A DNA stretch of 64,000 nucleotides. It comes from a virus. Under the pieces are notes generated by a model that did not search any database, was not told the origin of the DNA, and was given only the letters and a program-made list of their open reading frames with translations. Positions 1 to 11,055 of this stretch are shown one piece after another. The position numbers and the translations under genes were made by a program. Each line of letters starts with the position of its first letter. The first letter of the stretch is position 1. The DNA is taken from positions 55,390 to 119,389 of the IMG/VR virus record IMGVR_UViG_3300042332_000818; one strand, given 5' to 3'.

Positions 1-1
1 T

Positions 2-3000
2 CACGGTGTTCAGTTTATCAATCACGCGTTTAAGGTGTTTAATATTGTTGCAGATGATTCAGGTGCTATAACAAAGCAAAGCTTGCTTAACGTTAGAAAC
101 GCTGCTACATACCAAGCGTTTATAAAGGCGTTTGCTGAAAAGAGTAAGAGAGACTACACATTTACAGCGGTTGACTCTAGAAATAAGAAGAAGAAGTCTT
201 ATGACGCCAACAGAAGATCTGAGGGAACTCTCCAATATGATTCTTGGAGATCTGCTTACAATGCAAAGGTTGATTCAATAACGGATGAGACTGCAAAAGA
301 AGCTGCTGATATACTTTCTAATCTTACCTCTATTGTAAATAACGTTGCTGTTTATGATCAGAGTGTTTCAACAGCAGTAAAAGACGGGCTTACTCGTTTT
401 GGTGATATTACTGGAATTGAAATAGCTCCAGCTTTCTACGAATACTCTTGGTACAAGTACAAGATCTCTGAGAATAAACTTGAAATGACTGAAGCTAACG
501 CTGAAGTTCTTTCAACAGTTAGACTTTTGTCTTTACCTGTATTAACACCTGAGATCCTAAATCAAATTGGTAAATCTTTACTTGAGAATAAGGGAACGGG
601 TCTTTTCCTTAGAGATGATTCAGAAAGTTCTAACGAAGAATTGTACACTGTTGGTGGTAGAGTAAAAGCTCTTGCTTCGGGTAATGTCTTCTTCAATGAG
701 AACATTGATACAACAAGCTTTACAAATGCTAACGGTAACAAGATTCAGACTTACCAGGTAAAGACTGTACTTACTAAGTTGGTTCAAGCTTTAAAGCAAG
801 GACTTCCTACAGATGCATACAGAGCTGATAACTATTTGGCTAATAACAAAGAGTTCTTGGCAATACTTCCTGAGATTAATACTAAGTCAATTGACGGTCT
901 TGCTGCTAGAAGTCTAGATAATGCGGGTGTAAGCTTTAACCAACAAGCCGGTACTGTATACGCTGACTACACTGACAGAGAGTTCTTGTTTAATATTCTT
1001 TCTCAGTACACAGAGGTAGAGGTTATAAATGGTGTTGTTACAGTACCCCATTTTATCAGAGTACTAGAAGCTGCAAGTACCGGTATGACGGTAAATCTCC
1101 CTGTTACAAAAGCAGTAGACTTTAAGACTACCGGTTGGACAGTTAATTCAGAATACCTAGATGCGCTAGTTGCTGAGGTAGAAAGAGACGTTAGAAGAAT
1201 TGCAGAAGTTCAGGATCAGATTGAAAAGGTTGAGAATCCTGCACTTGATGAATCTGAACTTGATTTTGACATTATTGAAAATTATCATAGAGGTGATAAG
1301 CTTGGTCTAAAGTTGTCTCACAACTTAAGATCTCTTCTGGGTGCAGAATTTTCTGAAAAGATTGAAAGCGGTTTAGCTACGGATGCAGAACTTAGAAAGA
1401 ATCTGGAGTCCTCTCTTATTAAAAGTGTAGATCAGTTTGTTGATAAGCTCATTCAGAATAATCTTTTACAAAGAAGAAAAGGATTGCTTGAAATAGGAGA
1501 CAGTCCTTTGGTGTCAGTTGTTGGTCGTTCTGGAATAGCTGCTTCTAAAGCTGCAAGATTTGTAGAAGACTTGAATCTTTTTCCTATGCAGGAGAAAGAC
1601 GCACCGGGTGTTAGAAACATTAGACTCGAAGCTTCTATTGCTCAAATCTTCTTATCTAGTTTCTTGAACGTTTCTTCTTTCAACCAGCTTTTGATGGGTG
1701 ATCATAACAAACAGTTTAAAGATTCTAAAAACGTTGTTAAAAGAGCAAAAGGTCTTAATGCCTCTGGTATATCTACATCTCACAGCACTTTAGCACCAGA
1801 ACTTGGTATTAATAAAAAGTTTGACGCTAAAGGTGATCTTGTTCATATTACTTTTCCTAATGATCTTTCTCCAGAAAAAACTAAAAGAGATGATGGCCAG
1901 TTATATATGACCGTTAATGGTCTTCGTTACATACTTTTTGGTATGGGTAGACTTAGAGAACCTGCTATTGCAAATTTCTTGGATAAAATACAAAATGGGT
2001 TGCCTGTTAGTGAAGAAGAAGTCTTTGGTTTAAATGGTACTATTCAGTACAATTCACAAACCAATTCTCTTAAACTTGTTTACTATGATGGTGAGACATA
2101 TTTAAAAATGTCAGCTGTTGTTCTTACACCTGAGCTAACTACAAGATTTAGTTCTCCAGGAGCTTTTCTTGACAATCTCAGAAGAGTGTTAGAAAAAGCA
2201 GAAGAGACTGCAACGGTTGCTTTTGGTCACCCTGAAAGTGCTGAAAAGACTTTTGCTAAAAATGCTGTATCAAGTAGAACAGACATTACTCCTTATAATG
2301 AAGTCTTGTTTAAAAAGCATTTTAATGCTCTTGATCCTAACTTCTTATATCTGTCTACTGAAATTCCTTCAAATAAAACTAAGATTACAGATCCTACGCA
2401 AATGAAGAGTATCCTTATTTCAGGATTTTCAAATGCTGATAAAGTATATGTTGACGGCCAAGAAGTTTCTGCAGTTGCAGCTATTAAAGAGTTGTTACAG
2501 CTTAGTGCTAAAAGAACAGAGAGTAAGTACTTTGAAAGAAGAAAGAAAACTTTTGAAATTGAGGATTTTCTTGATGAGTTTACAAAGTCTTTGGATCTTG
2601 GTAAGGTTACACCTAAGCTAGATTCGTTTAGACTTGAAGCTGTTGATACTCTAAAGAGTATTGGAGCATCTCCACAGGAGATTGAAATATTTGAGCGTGG
2701 TGATATTAACCTTAATAACCCTGTAACATTATCAAGATTCTATACTTTATTTCTTAGCTACTTTAGTAAGGGTGTAGGTAAAGATATTATTCCTGGTTAT
2801 AAGCTTACCTTGATTTCAGACTCTGGTATTGTAATTAGAAGAAGAGCAAACACTGCTATTTCTAATGGTACTAGCGTAGATACTGTTGTAACATCAGATG
2901 AATATCTGAGAATGTCAGAAGCTGAAAGAAAAAATGTTTATGATGATCGTCTTAGACATGATGTAAAGGTTTACGATAAGGCTGGTAAAATCATAGATAC

Positions 3001-6000
3001 TTATGCTGAAATGCTAATGCCCTCTCACTTTAGAGGTAAATCACTTGATAGTGAAAGAACAATGCATTCAGTTCGTATTCCTTCTCAAGCAAGCCAATCT
3101 GCAACAAACAGTAAGGTTGTTGATTATATGCCTGCTTACTATGGTTCAAGTGCTATTCTCCCGCAAGAGTTGATTGATATTACTGGTTGGGACTTTGACG
3201 CTGACTCTATTTTTGTTCATCGTCCTTTTACTTATCGTTTTGAAAACAGAGAACTTGTTTACGGTGAAGAAAAAACTGTAGCTGAAAAGAAGGCTGCTTA
3301 CTTTAACTCTCTTATAAATAATAATGAAGAGTATGCTTTGGAGCTTTCACGGTACGAAGATCCTACAGATGAAGTATTAAGAGAAGATATTACCCAGAAA
3401 ATGGGTATTAAGTATACAGAAGAGAAGTATAGAGCCACTCCTGAATACATCAACAACAGAATTCTTAAACTAAAAACTGCATTGCAAGGCTCTGAGTCTC
3501 GTACTGTTGCAAAAGATAGTGGTATTCCTAAGTCTTATCAACCAATGAAGACCGTTTCTTATGACGCTTTTGAAAGAAAGGTAAAAGAAGAATCACCTGA
3601 GTTTGCTAACTTCATTGATGCTCAAGTGGGTATTCACGATTCTATTCTTGGTCAACTTGATTTTTTTGGTAACATTAGAGAAGGTGCTGAGAATATCGGT
3701 CCGGCTGTAAATGGTGTACTTGCTTACTCTCTTTTAAACTTAGGAAGAGTTTCTGGTAATGAGGATGCTGGATTCACAGTAAATGGTAACCGATATAACA
3801 CATTTGAAAATGTTGTTGATACTGACGGTAACGACATTTCAGATAACATGTCTCAAACTGTGAGCATCATGGTTGATAACACTAGTAATCCTGTTGCAAG
3901 GATGTACGGTATGAGCCTTGAGCAAACCGGTGTTGCTGCATACATGACTTCTCTTGGTGTTTCAGTAGAAGACGCTCTATTATTTATCAATCAGCCTATT
4001 GTTAGACACTTTTCAAATGCTCTTAAAAACTCTAGATCTTCAATCAAGGTTAAGAGTGCTGATAAAGGTGCAAGCAGTAAAGAGATAATGGATCAAATGA
4101 TTCAACTCTTTAAAGCTAAACTTAAAACTGAAGCTGACGATGTTGAGTCTATAAGTCAATACAAAAATGCAGTAGATGCTTCTGCCGGATATGAAACTTT
4201 AAAGTACTCGGTATTGCCTATAGAAAAGGCTATTGAGGAAATGCCTATCTCAGAAGTTGAGAACCAGCTAAAGCTTTTGTTTCAATTTGATAAAGTAAAA
4301 ACACAAGCTCAGATATTCAGTGACTTTGCTAAGCTAACCAAGCTTAACCAGGGTGTTGGTAAAGATTCAGATAGCTTTGATAGATATCTTGAATTAGCCG
4401 ATATGTTTACTACCGAAGAGGGTGTTAAGTCTATTTCAAATTCAGGCTTCCCTGTTGAAGGTATTACCACCGCTATATCAAACAACGATTATCTTACAAC
4501 TCAAATTAAAGCGCTTAAAGAACTATCAAAACTGTTTAGAACGGTATTTATTGATAGATCTCCTGTGTTTGGATTTGTTCAGGAGTCTCTTGAAAATGTA
4601 TTAAGTCCTACGGATTACATTAAAAGAGGAGCTGTTGAAAATATTAGAAAGGATTTGATGTCTGTAATTACTGCTTCTGCTTATATGAATAAGCTAGAGG
4701 ATGGTGATATGAGAAACAGTAATCTTTCAAATGCTTTGATCTATGAAGCTCTTAAGACTAGTCAACCTTCCGTTAAAGACATTACTCAAATTGTAGGTTC
4801 ACTAAGAAGATACTACTCTGATAAAGGTGTTAGAAATAGATTTATTCAAGATTACCTTTTTTCTAATCCTGCTAAAAAGATTAACGGTCAGACAAATACT
4901 AAGAACCGTGAGCAGGTAAATAGAGTATCTCTTAACAGCTGGAGCAAGCTGTCACCTGAAATTGGCGATATGCTCTACAGAGATTTTGTAGATGGTATTA
5001 GTAATTCTGATGTACTTGATAACGGTATTACTGTTAGATCAGCATTCTTGGATCTTGTACACTACTTGATGGTTAAAGACGGCTTAAACTTTAAGAGCGG
5101 AAGCTTCCTGTCTTATGTTGCACCTATTGCACTTAGAGACATATTTGCTTCTAATAATGAGGCGATTAACGTTCTTAAAGATGCTGAAGGAATGCTTACA
5201 AAGTCAAGCAAAGTATTTGGTGGACCGTTGGATGTGTTTATTGGAGACTTCCTTATAAACTGGCCAAAGCATGCGGTAAACCAAAACGCTATAAAGACTT
5301 TGTTTACACCTGACTATAAAGATGAAAGAAAAGAAATCTTTGATGCTTTATTTAAGCAGGTTACAGAGGATCGTTTAAACGTTAGCATCTTTGGATATCA
5401 ATCAGCGTTTGAAGAAAATCTTAATGTTGATCAAGAGTCTGAAGGATATGCCGATTACTTTAAGAAGGTAGCTCCTGTATTTGGTGCTTCACAGTTTAAC
5501 AGTGTGAAATTTGAATCAGGAACTAAGACAGAGTTTCCGTTATACATAATTAAGGATAAAAATCTTTACAAGCTTTACTATTACTATGGTGGGGTTACTG
5601 ATTCTGAATTTTTTAATACTGCAGACGGAAAGGCTAGAAAGATTTCAATTGGTAATAACAATGTTGTAGCTGTATTGAATGCTTCTAAAAGAGAGTTGGG
5701 TAGAGTCGGGTTCTTCGGTTCATTTGCTCAGTACGAGAAAGTTAATGTAAAGGGTAACAGATCTCAAACTGGTGCAGGATACATCTTTGGTGATCTTCCA
5801 AACTATACTCTACTAGAATCTCAAGCTACTACTCCTACTTTAAAGACTGAACCTGCTGCTACAAGAACAGTTACACCTGTAAATCCTAAGCTTGAACAGG
5901 AAGCAGTGGAACAAAGATCTGCAATTATTAAAAATGCAGTATTGACAGCAACAACTACTGATAGTGAGTTTGCTGGAAATATTGACTTTGAAAATTCAAA

Positions 6001-6271
6001 TCTTGGAGGAAGACGTATAACAAAAGTTCCAACTTCTTTCCTTGAAACTTTAAATACATATCAGCTTACCGAGCAAGATCGTAATAAGCTTCGTCAACTA
6101 TATGAAAATAAAGCATTTACAACTTTAGAGACAGGTAATATAGATGTCTCAAGTTTTAGTAAATTTATGGATCTTATAGAAGAAACGATTCAAGTTAATA
6201 GAAGTGTGCAAAATCTTGACGATATTATTGATAGAATGCAAACTTGTTACGGTATAACAATCAACCTATAA
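2..6271 (+). CDS. Virion-packaged multisubunit-type RNA polymerase (crAss-like phi14:2 gp66 type), 5'-truncated
   Basis: >2078 aa, with the frame open from the window start. Carries the beta'-like catalytic loop RIPSQ...GWDFDADS (DFDAD at 3191-3205) and beta-like DDGQ and K..K motifs upstream in the same chain. Confidence 0.85.
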   Translation, partial: HGVQFINHAFKVFNIVADDSGAITKQSLLNVRNAATYQAFIKAFAEKSKRDYTFTAVDSRNKKKKSYDANRRSEGTLQYDSWRSAYNAKVDSITDETAKEAADILSNLTSIVNNVAVYDQSVSTAVKDGLTRFGDITGIEIAPAFYEYSWYKYKISENKLEMTEANAEVLSTVRLLSLPVLTPEILNQIGKSLLENKGTGLFLRDDSESSNEELYTVGGRVKALASGNVFFNENIDTTSFTNANGNKIQTYQVKTVLTKLVQALKQGLPTDAYRADNYLANNKEFLAILPEINTKSIDGLAARSLDNAGVSFNQQAGTVYADYTDREFLFNILSQYTEVEVINGVVTVPHFIRVLEAASTGMTVNLPVTKAVDFKTTGWTVNSEYLDALVAEVERDVRRIAEVQDQIEKVENPALDESELDFDIIENYHRGDKLGLKLSHNLRSLLGAEFSEKIESGLATDAELRKNLESSLIKSVDQFVDKLIQNNLLQRRKGLLEIGDSPLVSVVGRSGIAASKAARFVEDLNLFPMQEKDAPGVRNIRLEASIAQIFLSSFLNVSSFNQLLMGDHNKQFKDSKNVVKRAKGLNASGISTSHSTLAPELGINKKFDAKGDLVHITFPNDLSPEKTKRDDGQLYMTVNGLRYILFGMGRLREPAIANFLDKIQNGLPVSEEEVFGLNGTIQYNSQTNSLKLVYYDGETYLKMSAVVLTPELTTRFSSPGAFLDNLRRVLEKAEETATVAFGHPESAEKTFAKNAVSSRTDITPYNEVLFKKHFNALDPNFLYLSTEIPSNKTKITDPTQMKSILISGFSNADKVYVDGQEVSAVAAIKELLQLSAKRTESKYFERRKKTFEIEDFLDEFTKSLDLGKVTPKLDSFRLEAVDTLKSIGASPQEIEIFERGDINLNNPVTLSRFYTLFLSYFSKGVGKDIIPGYKLTLISDSGIVIRRRANTAISNGTSVDTVVTSDEYLRMSEAERKNVYDDRLRHDVKVYDKAGKIIDTYAEMLMPSHFRGKSLDSERTMHSVRIPSQASQSATNSKVVDYMPAYYGSSAILPQELIDITGWDFDADSIFVHRPFTYRFENRELVYGEEKTVAEKKAAYFNSLINNNEEYALELSRYEDPTDEVLREDITQKMGIKYTEEKYRATPEYINNRILKLKTALQGSESRTVAKDSGIPKSYQPMKTVSYDAFERKVKEESPEFANFIDAQVGIHDSILGQLDFFGNIREGAENIGPAVNGVLAYSLLNLGRVSGNEDAGFTVNGNRYNTFENVVDTDGNDISDNMSQTVSIMVDNTSNPVARMYGMSLEQTGVAAYMTSLGVSVEDALLFINQPIVRHFSNALKNSRSSIKVKSADKGASSKEIMDQMIQLFKAKLKTEADDVESISQYKNAVDASAGYETLKYSVLPIEKAIEEMPISEVENQLKLLFQFDKVKTQAQIFSDFAKLTKLNQGVGKDSDSFDRYLELADMFTTEEGVKSISNSGFPVEGITTAISNNDYLTTQIKALKELSKLFRTVFIDRSPVFGFVQESLENVLSPTDYIKRGAVENIRKDLMSVITASAYMNKLEDGDMRNSNLSNALIYEALKTSQPSVKDITQIVGSLRRYYSDKGVRNRFIQDYLFSNPAKKINGQTNTKNREQVNRVSLNSWSKLSPEIGDMLYRDFVDGISNSDVLDNGITVRSAFLDLVHYLMVKDGLNFKSGSFLSYVAPIALRDIFASNNEAINVLKDAEGMLTKSSKVFGGPLDVFIGDFLINWPKHAVNQNAIKTLFTPDYKDERKEIFDALFKQVTEDRLNVSIFGYQSAFEENLNVDQESEGYADYFKKVAPVFGASQFNSVKFESGTKTEFPLYIIKDKNLYKLYYYYGGVTDSEFFNTADGKARKISIGNNNVVAVLNASKRELGRVGFFGSFAQYEKVNVKGNRSQTGAGYIFGDLPNYTLLESQATTPTLKTEPAATRTVTPVNPKLEQEAVEQRSAIIKNAVLTATTTDSEFAGNIDFENSNLGGRRITKVPTSFLETLNTYQLTEQDRNKLRQLYENKAFTTLETGNIDVSSFSKFMDLIEETIQVNRSVQNLDDIIDRMQTCYGITINL

Positions 6272-6275
6272 TTAA

Positions 6276-9200
6276 ATGGCAACGTCTTGTTTTAATGTTA
6301 ATGATCCTGGATATCAGGCTTTGTTAAGTGCTTATAACGGTAATAATATTCTAGTAGATAGTCTTATTACTTCTTACCAAAAGGCTGGTAATGGAGATGC
6401 TATACCTTCTCCTGAGCAGGTTTCAGAGATGCTGAAAAACATGTATGTTGAAAAAGCAATAGACCCTGTAAAGGTTTCTTACTATCAAACAGTTGCGGAT
6501 CAGTCTACAAGCCAGGCTCAACGAGATGCTGTTATTAGTGTTCTTGAGTTTACTGAAAAAACTGACTTTGATCCTACGTCTCACACTTATGTAGATAGAC
6601 AAACCGGTCAGATTTTAAAGTCTACTACAACAGCTATCAAGGGCTCTTCTAAAATAGATAACTATTTACTTAATAGAGAAATAGGTAATCTTGCTGATAG
6701 AATGCTGGAGGGTATTATTACAGGTAAAAGATTAACCGATGTTTCTTTGGATTACTTTGATGAGCAGGGTAATAAAAAGACACTAGAGGTTTCTACTGAA
6801 ACTCTAAATGATATCTGGAGTGAGATGGAAGCTGTTGTAAGAACTCATCTTGAGATGGGCTCAGTGCTTATTCCTCAAGTGGTTGTTCAAAACTTAGAAG
6901 CTGGTATTGCCGGTTCTATAGACGTGCTTGTTGTAAAAAGAAATGGAAGCATGCAGGTTCTTGATCTTAAAACATCAAAGACTTCTGTAAAAGAGAAAAA
7001 AAATAACGGTAAGATTTCTTACTACCACACTGCATACGACCTTGAGAACGATTCAATTCTTGTAGAAAAAGGTCTGGCTTCAAAGCTTACAAAACATCAG
7101 CAGCATATTCTTCAGGTGAATATTTATACTAGAATGTTGGAGGCTGCTGGTTTTAAAGTTACAGAAGCATATACTCACAGATACAAAGTTGATATTAATG
7201 AGACTGAGACAGGTATCAATGGTATTGTAGATGAAGGTCGTTCAGAGAACATGTATTATGAAGAGTCTATGCTTGCTGACGCAATCATTGCAGAAAAAAC
7301 TCATTACAGTGGTAATCCGGTAGGTCAAGCATTGTTTGAAGAAGCTGACACTGAGAAATCACTACCTCAGAAAAGAGCTCAACTCTTAATAGAGAACTCA
7401 ATTATTAAGCCTTTGACTATGAGATTAAAGAATCTTTCCGATATCTATCGTGAAAGAGTGAATCTCAGAGATGATAACAATAGATTGTTTGTACCAAAGG
7501 CTGAAGATACCATTAATAAGCTGCAAGATCTTTTGTTTGTAATAGAGAAAGAGGGTAAGTCTGGTAGAGCAATACTTGCTTACTCTAGATTTCTTCGTTA
7601 TGCTACGGAGGACATGCAAAAAATCATTGACTTTCTTTCAAATAAAGAAAACGTTGAGTCTGAGAGAGCTGCCGGTATCATTACTAATGCTTCAAATTTT
7701 CTAGAAACATATAGTGATATTCAAAGAGCTTCAGGTGAACTACGACCAGAACTTCCATTAGAGCAACAAAAGCTCTATGATAAAATGGTATTAGCTTTAA
7801 ACGAGGCATTAGCTGTTGTGCATGCTGCTAAAGAACAGCATGTAAAATATATAATTAAAACCGGTACTTCTCAAAAACTTACAGATGAGGAGATTGATCA
7901 AGCTTTAAAAGAAGCTGAGACTATTTCAGGAGTTGATGCTGCGATTGGTGATCTTGATACCAGTACAGATGTACTTCTTAGAATTATTGCTAAGAGATTT
8001 AAAAGACAGTTGTTGACTGCTCAAGATAATTCTCGTGCTTTCAATAAGAGAGCTGATGAAGCTGCTGCAGATTTGATTAGACTTTCTCCAGGAAGAGTTG
8101 TAGACTATGGTTTCATGTATGAGGTTGATGCTAAAGGAGACCTTGTAGTTGTTGATCCTTATTCTACTGCATATTATGAAATGGAGGATGATCTTAGAAA
8201 AGATCTTTATGATTCTGACGGTAAATGGATAAACTACTACGAGATTAAAGATCCCCTTTCTGCTGATCCTAAGCACATTCAACATAACAAAGAACTCTTT
8301 GAAAAAAGAGAAGCTTATAATAGATTTAGAAGAGCTGAGATTATTGAGAATGGTACGTTTAAAGATGGTGAATATCATAAGTACAATGATGAATTTAAAG
8401 CGGCAAGATCTAGATTTGAATACTTTAATGGAAGATCTTGGGTAAAGAGACCACAGGTGAGTGATAGTCAATACCGAGTATTTAGAAACAAATACTACGA
8501 GGTTCATCATGATGTAACTCTTCCTGTTAGAAGTGGTAAAGGTTATACCGGTGTAGCTACAACTAGAACTATTGAAGTTCCTAAACGTAAGTATGCTGAA
8601 CCAAGATTAGATGCAAGAGATCCTTCCGGTAAAAGCTTTACAAACGCTAAGTATAGTATTCTGTTAAATCCTAGAACAGATCTTGAAAGAGCACAAAGTA
8701 AGTTTTATAACTTCTATGTAAATGAAATGCAGAAGGGAGTAATGGCAAAACTTCCGGATGATGTACAAGAACGTTATAAGCATAGAGTACCTTCTTATAA
8801 TGATTACAGTGAGCAGTTTGCACATATCCCTACTGTACCTCTTAGGGCTATAGTAAGAATGCTTTATAGTCTAAAGGATTTCTTTTTTGATTGGAATCTT
8901 CCTATATCTGCTGTAAGAAGAACTAAAATTGATGAAAAGGGTAGACCTGTTTCAACTTTGCCTTTGTTTATGACTGGAACATTTGATGATAATGTTCAAG
9001 AAAAAATAAATAAAATCAATAACGAACTTTCAACTTTAAAAGAAGATCTTCTTTCTAAAAAGATTTCTTTTACTGAATATGAAAAACTCCTTAAAGATCT
9101 CAAAGAAGAAAGAGCACGATTAAATAGAAGACCTCAAAAGAATATTGTAAGTAGAGATGTTCTTAAGTCTATGAAGATATTTCACAATCAGGTTTCTATA

Positions 9201-10763
9201 TATGAGCAAAAGATGGCTGCTGAAGACACCTTCCTTATGCTTAAAGAAGCTGCTACTAACAGAACTTACTACACAAGAAAGAAGTTTAACTCACTCACAG
9301 GTAAGCCTGCTTTTGAGAATGTAACTTCTACAGAAAGTTCTGCGACGGTTAAAAGGCTTGAGAAGTGGTTTAAGCAAATCTATTATGAAGAGAACTACTT
9401 TGAAGACTTGAGCGGAATGTCAAAAATTGGAAGTCTTGCTTTAAAGAAAATAGTAAGTGCTTCTTCATTAGTATATGTTGGTTACAACGTTTGGGGTAAC
9501 GCTGCTAACTTGGCGTTTGGTGGTGTTGCAAACCACATTGAAGGTTTTGCCGGTGTCCATTTTAGTGCTAAAGGTTTAGCTCATGCAAGAAAGTTACTCT
9601 ATACAGATTACTTTCCTAATAAGATTCAGAAAACAATGTCTGGATTTAATGCTAATCTTGAGCTTGTTGATGATCAACCGGGATCAAAGACAGAAGCTCT
9701 TATAAGATATTTTAATATGCCTAGACACCTCATTAGTGAAGATGAGCGTGGTAATGCTAATCAAATACCTGGTAGCTACTGGTTTCAAGACGGAGGTGAA
9801 TTTTTAATTCAATCAAGTACTGGTTTAGCAATGCTTGCTAAAATTAAATTGGTCAACGAGGAGAATGGTTCTCAGACTTCTGCTCTTGATGCCTATGATT
9901 GGGATCCTGATGCAAGGACTTTAAAGCTTAAGGATGGTGATTGGTACATAATTAATGATTACGGTGGCGGTGCTGGTGAAAAAGTTAAGTATGATGATGA
10001 CCAAAAGAGAATGGTTCAGAATTATATATACGAAGTAAACAAACAGATTCACGGTAACTACGCTGCAGAAGACAGAGTAGCAATACAAGATAATGCTATT
10101 GGTGCTGCAGCAATGCAGTTCCACAAATGGGTTTACCCTTCATTTAAAACTCACTTTAAAGGAAGATACTTTGATGAGAACCTTGGCTGGTATGAAGGAA
10201 GATATTTTAGCTTAATTAAGTTTATTGCTGCTCTTACAACGTTTGGAAATCCATCAGTGGCTTGGGCTTCTTTAGAAAAAGATCAAAAGGCTAATATTGG
10301 AAAAGTCGGTGCGCAATTAATGTTCTTTGCTTCTACTTTTATGATTGGTAATCTTATAGCGTCTTTAAAAGATTTGGGAGATGATGAGGATGATGATGAA
10401 GCTTTCTTCACCTTTAGAAGAAGTCTTAACGGATTGTCTTTCTTGAATGACAAAGTTGGAAACGATCTAGCTTTCTTTATAAACCCTGCAGACTTCTTGA
10501 CATTAAGTGAAAATCCAATTGCTTCTTTCAAGTATGCAAATCAATTTGTAGAAGCTTTTTGGAGAACTATGCAATTCTCTTACTACGGTATTGTTCAGAG
10601 CAATCAAGAACTGCTTGAAAATAAAGAGGTGTATTATCAAAGAGGTACTAGAGCGGGACAACTCAAACTTGCAAAAGAATGGGGAGATGTTATCCCGGCT
10701 CTATACACCATCAACCGCTGGAAAGGTTTTGATACAGTAGATTCCGATTACACCGGAAACTAA
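6276..10763 (+). CDS. Large virion/ejection protein with N-terminal PD-(D/E)XK (Cas4/RecB-like) nuclease domain
   Basis: 1495 aa. Motifs IAGSIDVLV..VLDLKTS..QHILQVNIY; helical C-terminal region with hydrophobic segments; adjacent to the vRNAP, as in crAss-like phages. Confidence 0.65.
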   Translation: MATSCFNVNDPGYQALLSAYNGNNILVDSLITSYQKAGNGDAIPSPEQVSEMLKNMYVEKAIDPVKVSYYQTVADQSTSQAQRDAVISVLEFTEKTDFDPTSHTYVDRQTGQILKSTTTAIKGSSKIDNYLLNREIGNLADRMLEGIITGKRLTDVSLDYFDEQGNKKTLEVSTETLNDIWSEMEAVVRTHLEMGSVLIPQVVVQNLEAGIAGSIDVLVVKRNGSMQVLDLKTSKTSVKEKKNNGKISYYHTAYDLENDSILVEKGLASKLTKHQQHILQVNIYTRMLEAAGFKVTEAYTHRYKVDINETETGINGIVDEGRSENMYYEESMLADAIIAEKTHYSGNPVGQALFEEADTEKSLPQKRAQLLIENSIIKPLTMRLKNLSDIYRERVNLRDDNNRLFVPKAEDTINKLQDLLFVIEKEGKSGRAILAYSRFLRYATEDMQKIIDFLSNKENVESERAAGIITNASNFLETYSDIQRASGELRPELPLEQQKLYDKMVLALNEALAVVHAAKEQHVKYIIKTGTSQKLTDEEIDQALKEAETISGVDAAIGDLDTSTDVLLRIIAKRFKRQLLTAQDNSRAFNKRADEAAADLIRLSPGRVVDYGFMYEVDAKGDLVVVDPYSTAYYEMEDDLRKDLYDSDGKWINYYEIKDPLSADPKHIQHNKELFEKREAYNRFRRAEIIENGTFKDGEYHKYNDEFKAARSRFEYFNGRSWVKRPQVSDSQYRVFRNKYYEVHHDVTLPVRSGKGYTGVATTRTIEVPKRKYAEPRLDARDPSGKSFTNAKYSILLNPRTDLERAQSKFYNFYVNEMQKGVMAKLPDDVQERYKHRVPSYNDYSEQFAHIPTVPLRAIVRMLYSLKDFFFDWNLPISAVRRTKIDEKGRPVSTLPLFMTGTFDDNVQEKINKINNELSTLKEDLLSKKISFTEYEKLLKDLKEERARLNRRPQKNIVSRDVLKSMKIFHNQVSIYEQKMAAEDTFLMLKEAATNRTYYTRKKFNSLTGKPAFENVTSTESSATVKRLEKWFKQIYYEENYFEDLSGMSKIGSLALKKIVSASSLVYVGYNVWGNAANLAFGGVANHIEGFAGVHFSAKGLAHARKLLYTDYFPNKIQKTMSGFNANLELVDDQPGSKTEALIRYFNMPRHLISEDERGNANQIPGSYWFQDGGEFLIQSSTGLAMLAKIKLVNEENGSQTSALDAYDWDPDARTLKLKDGDWYIINDYGGGAGEKVKYDDDQKRMVQNYIYEVNKQIHGNYAAEDRVAIQDNAIGAAAMQFHKWVYPSFKTHFKGRYFDENLGWYEGRYFSLIKFIAALTTFGNPSVAWASLEKDQKANIGKVGAQLMFFASTFMIGNLIASLKDLGDDEDDDEAFFTFRRSLNGLSFLNDKVGNDLAFFINPADFLTLSENPIASFKYANQFVEAFWRTMQFSYYGIVQSNQELLENKEVYYQRGTRAGQLKLAKEWGDVIPALYTINRWKGFDTVDSDYTGN

Positions 10764-10948
10764 AGTATAACTGTAAGCTTTGCGATTAGTATCCCTATTT
10801 CAAGGGAGTAACCGTTAGCTTCAATTATTTCTGAGGTTTCATCTTTCTGGTATCCGTAAATAACCTTTGAAAGGTTTACACCTAATAAGGTGTTATTATT
10901 ACTTAGAAACTCTAAGTGGAACCAGTGATTATAACTGAATTTAAACAT
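10760..10948 (-). CDS. Small hypothetical protein
   Basis: 62 aa, convergent with the previous gene. A TAACTTTA promoter-like element lies upstream on the - strand near 10970. Confidence 0.5.
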   Translation of the reverse strand: MFKFSYNHWFHLEFLSNNNTLLGVNLSKVIYGYQKDETSEIIEANGYSLEIGILIAKLTVIL

Positions 10949-10985
10949 CTTTTATTATTTAAAGGGGGTTAAAGTTAGACAATTA

Positions 10986-11030
10986 GACTGAATTTCGTAT
11001 CTTATATATGAGACAAAACCAACAACTTTT
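10986..11030 (+). promoter_or_regulatory. Putative late promoter/leader (GACTnAATTTCGTATnTTnTATA...AAAACCAACA)
   Basis: A near-identical motif recurs at 17133-17180 and a weaker one at 56447-56475, each upstream of a + strand operon. Confidence 0.55.
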
Positions 11031-11055
11031 ATGAAACCTATAATGCTATCCGCAC

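Noticed and set aside
7425-10531. Antisense ORFs inside the large virion gene (and similar ones in PolB, MoxR, TerL and portal)
   Set aside because: Fully nested opposite well-supported genes, with no recognisable motifs.
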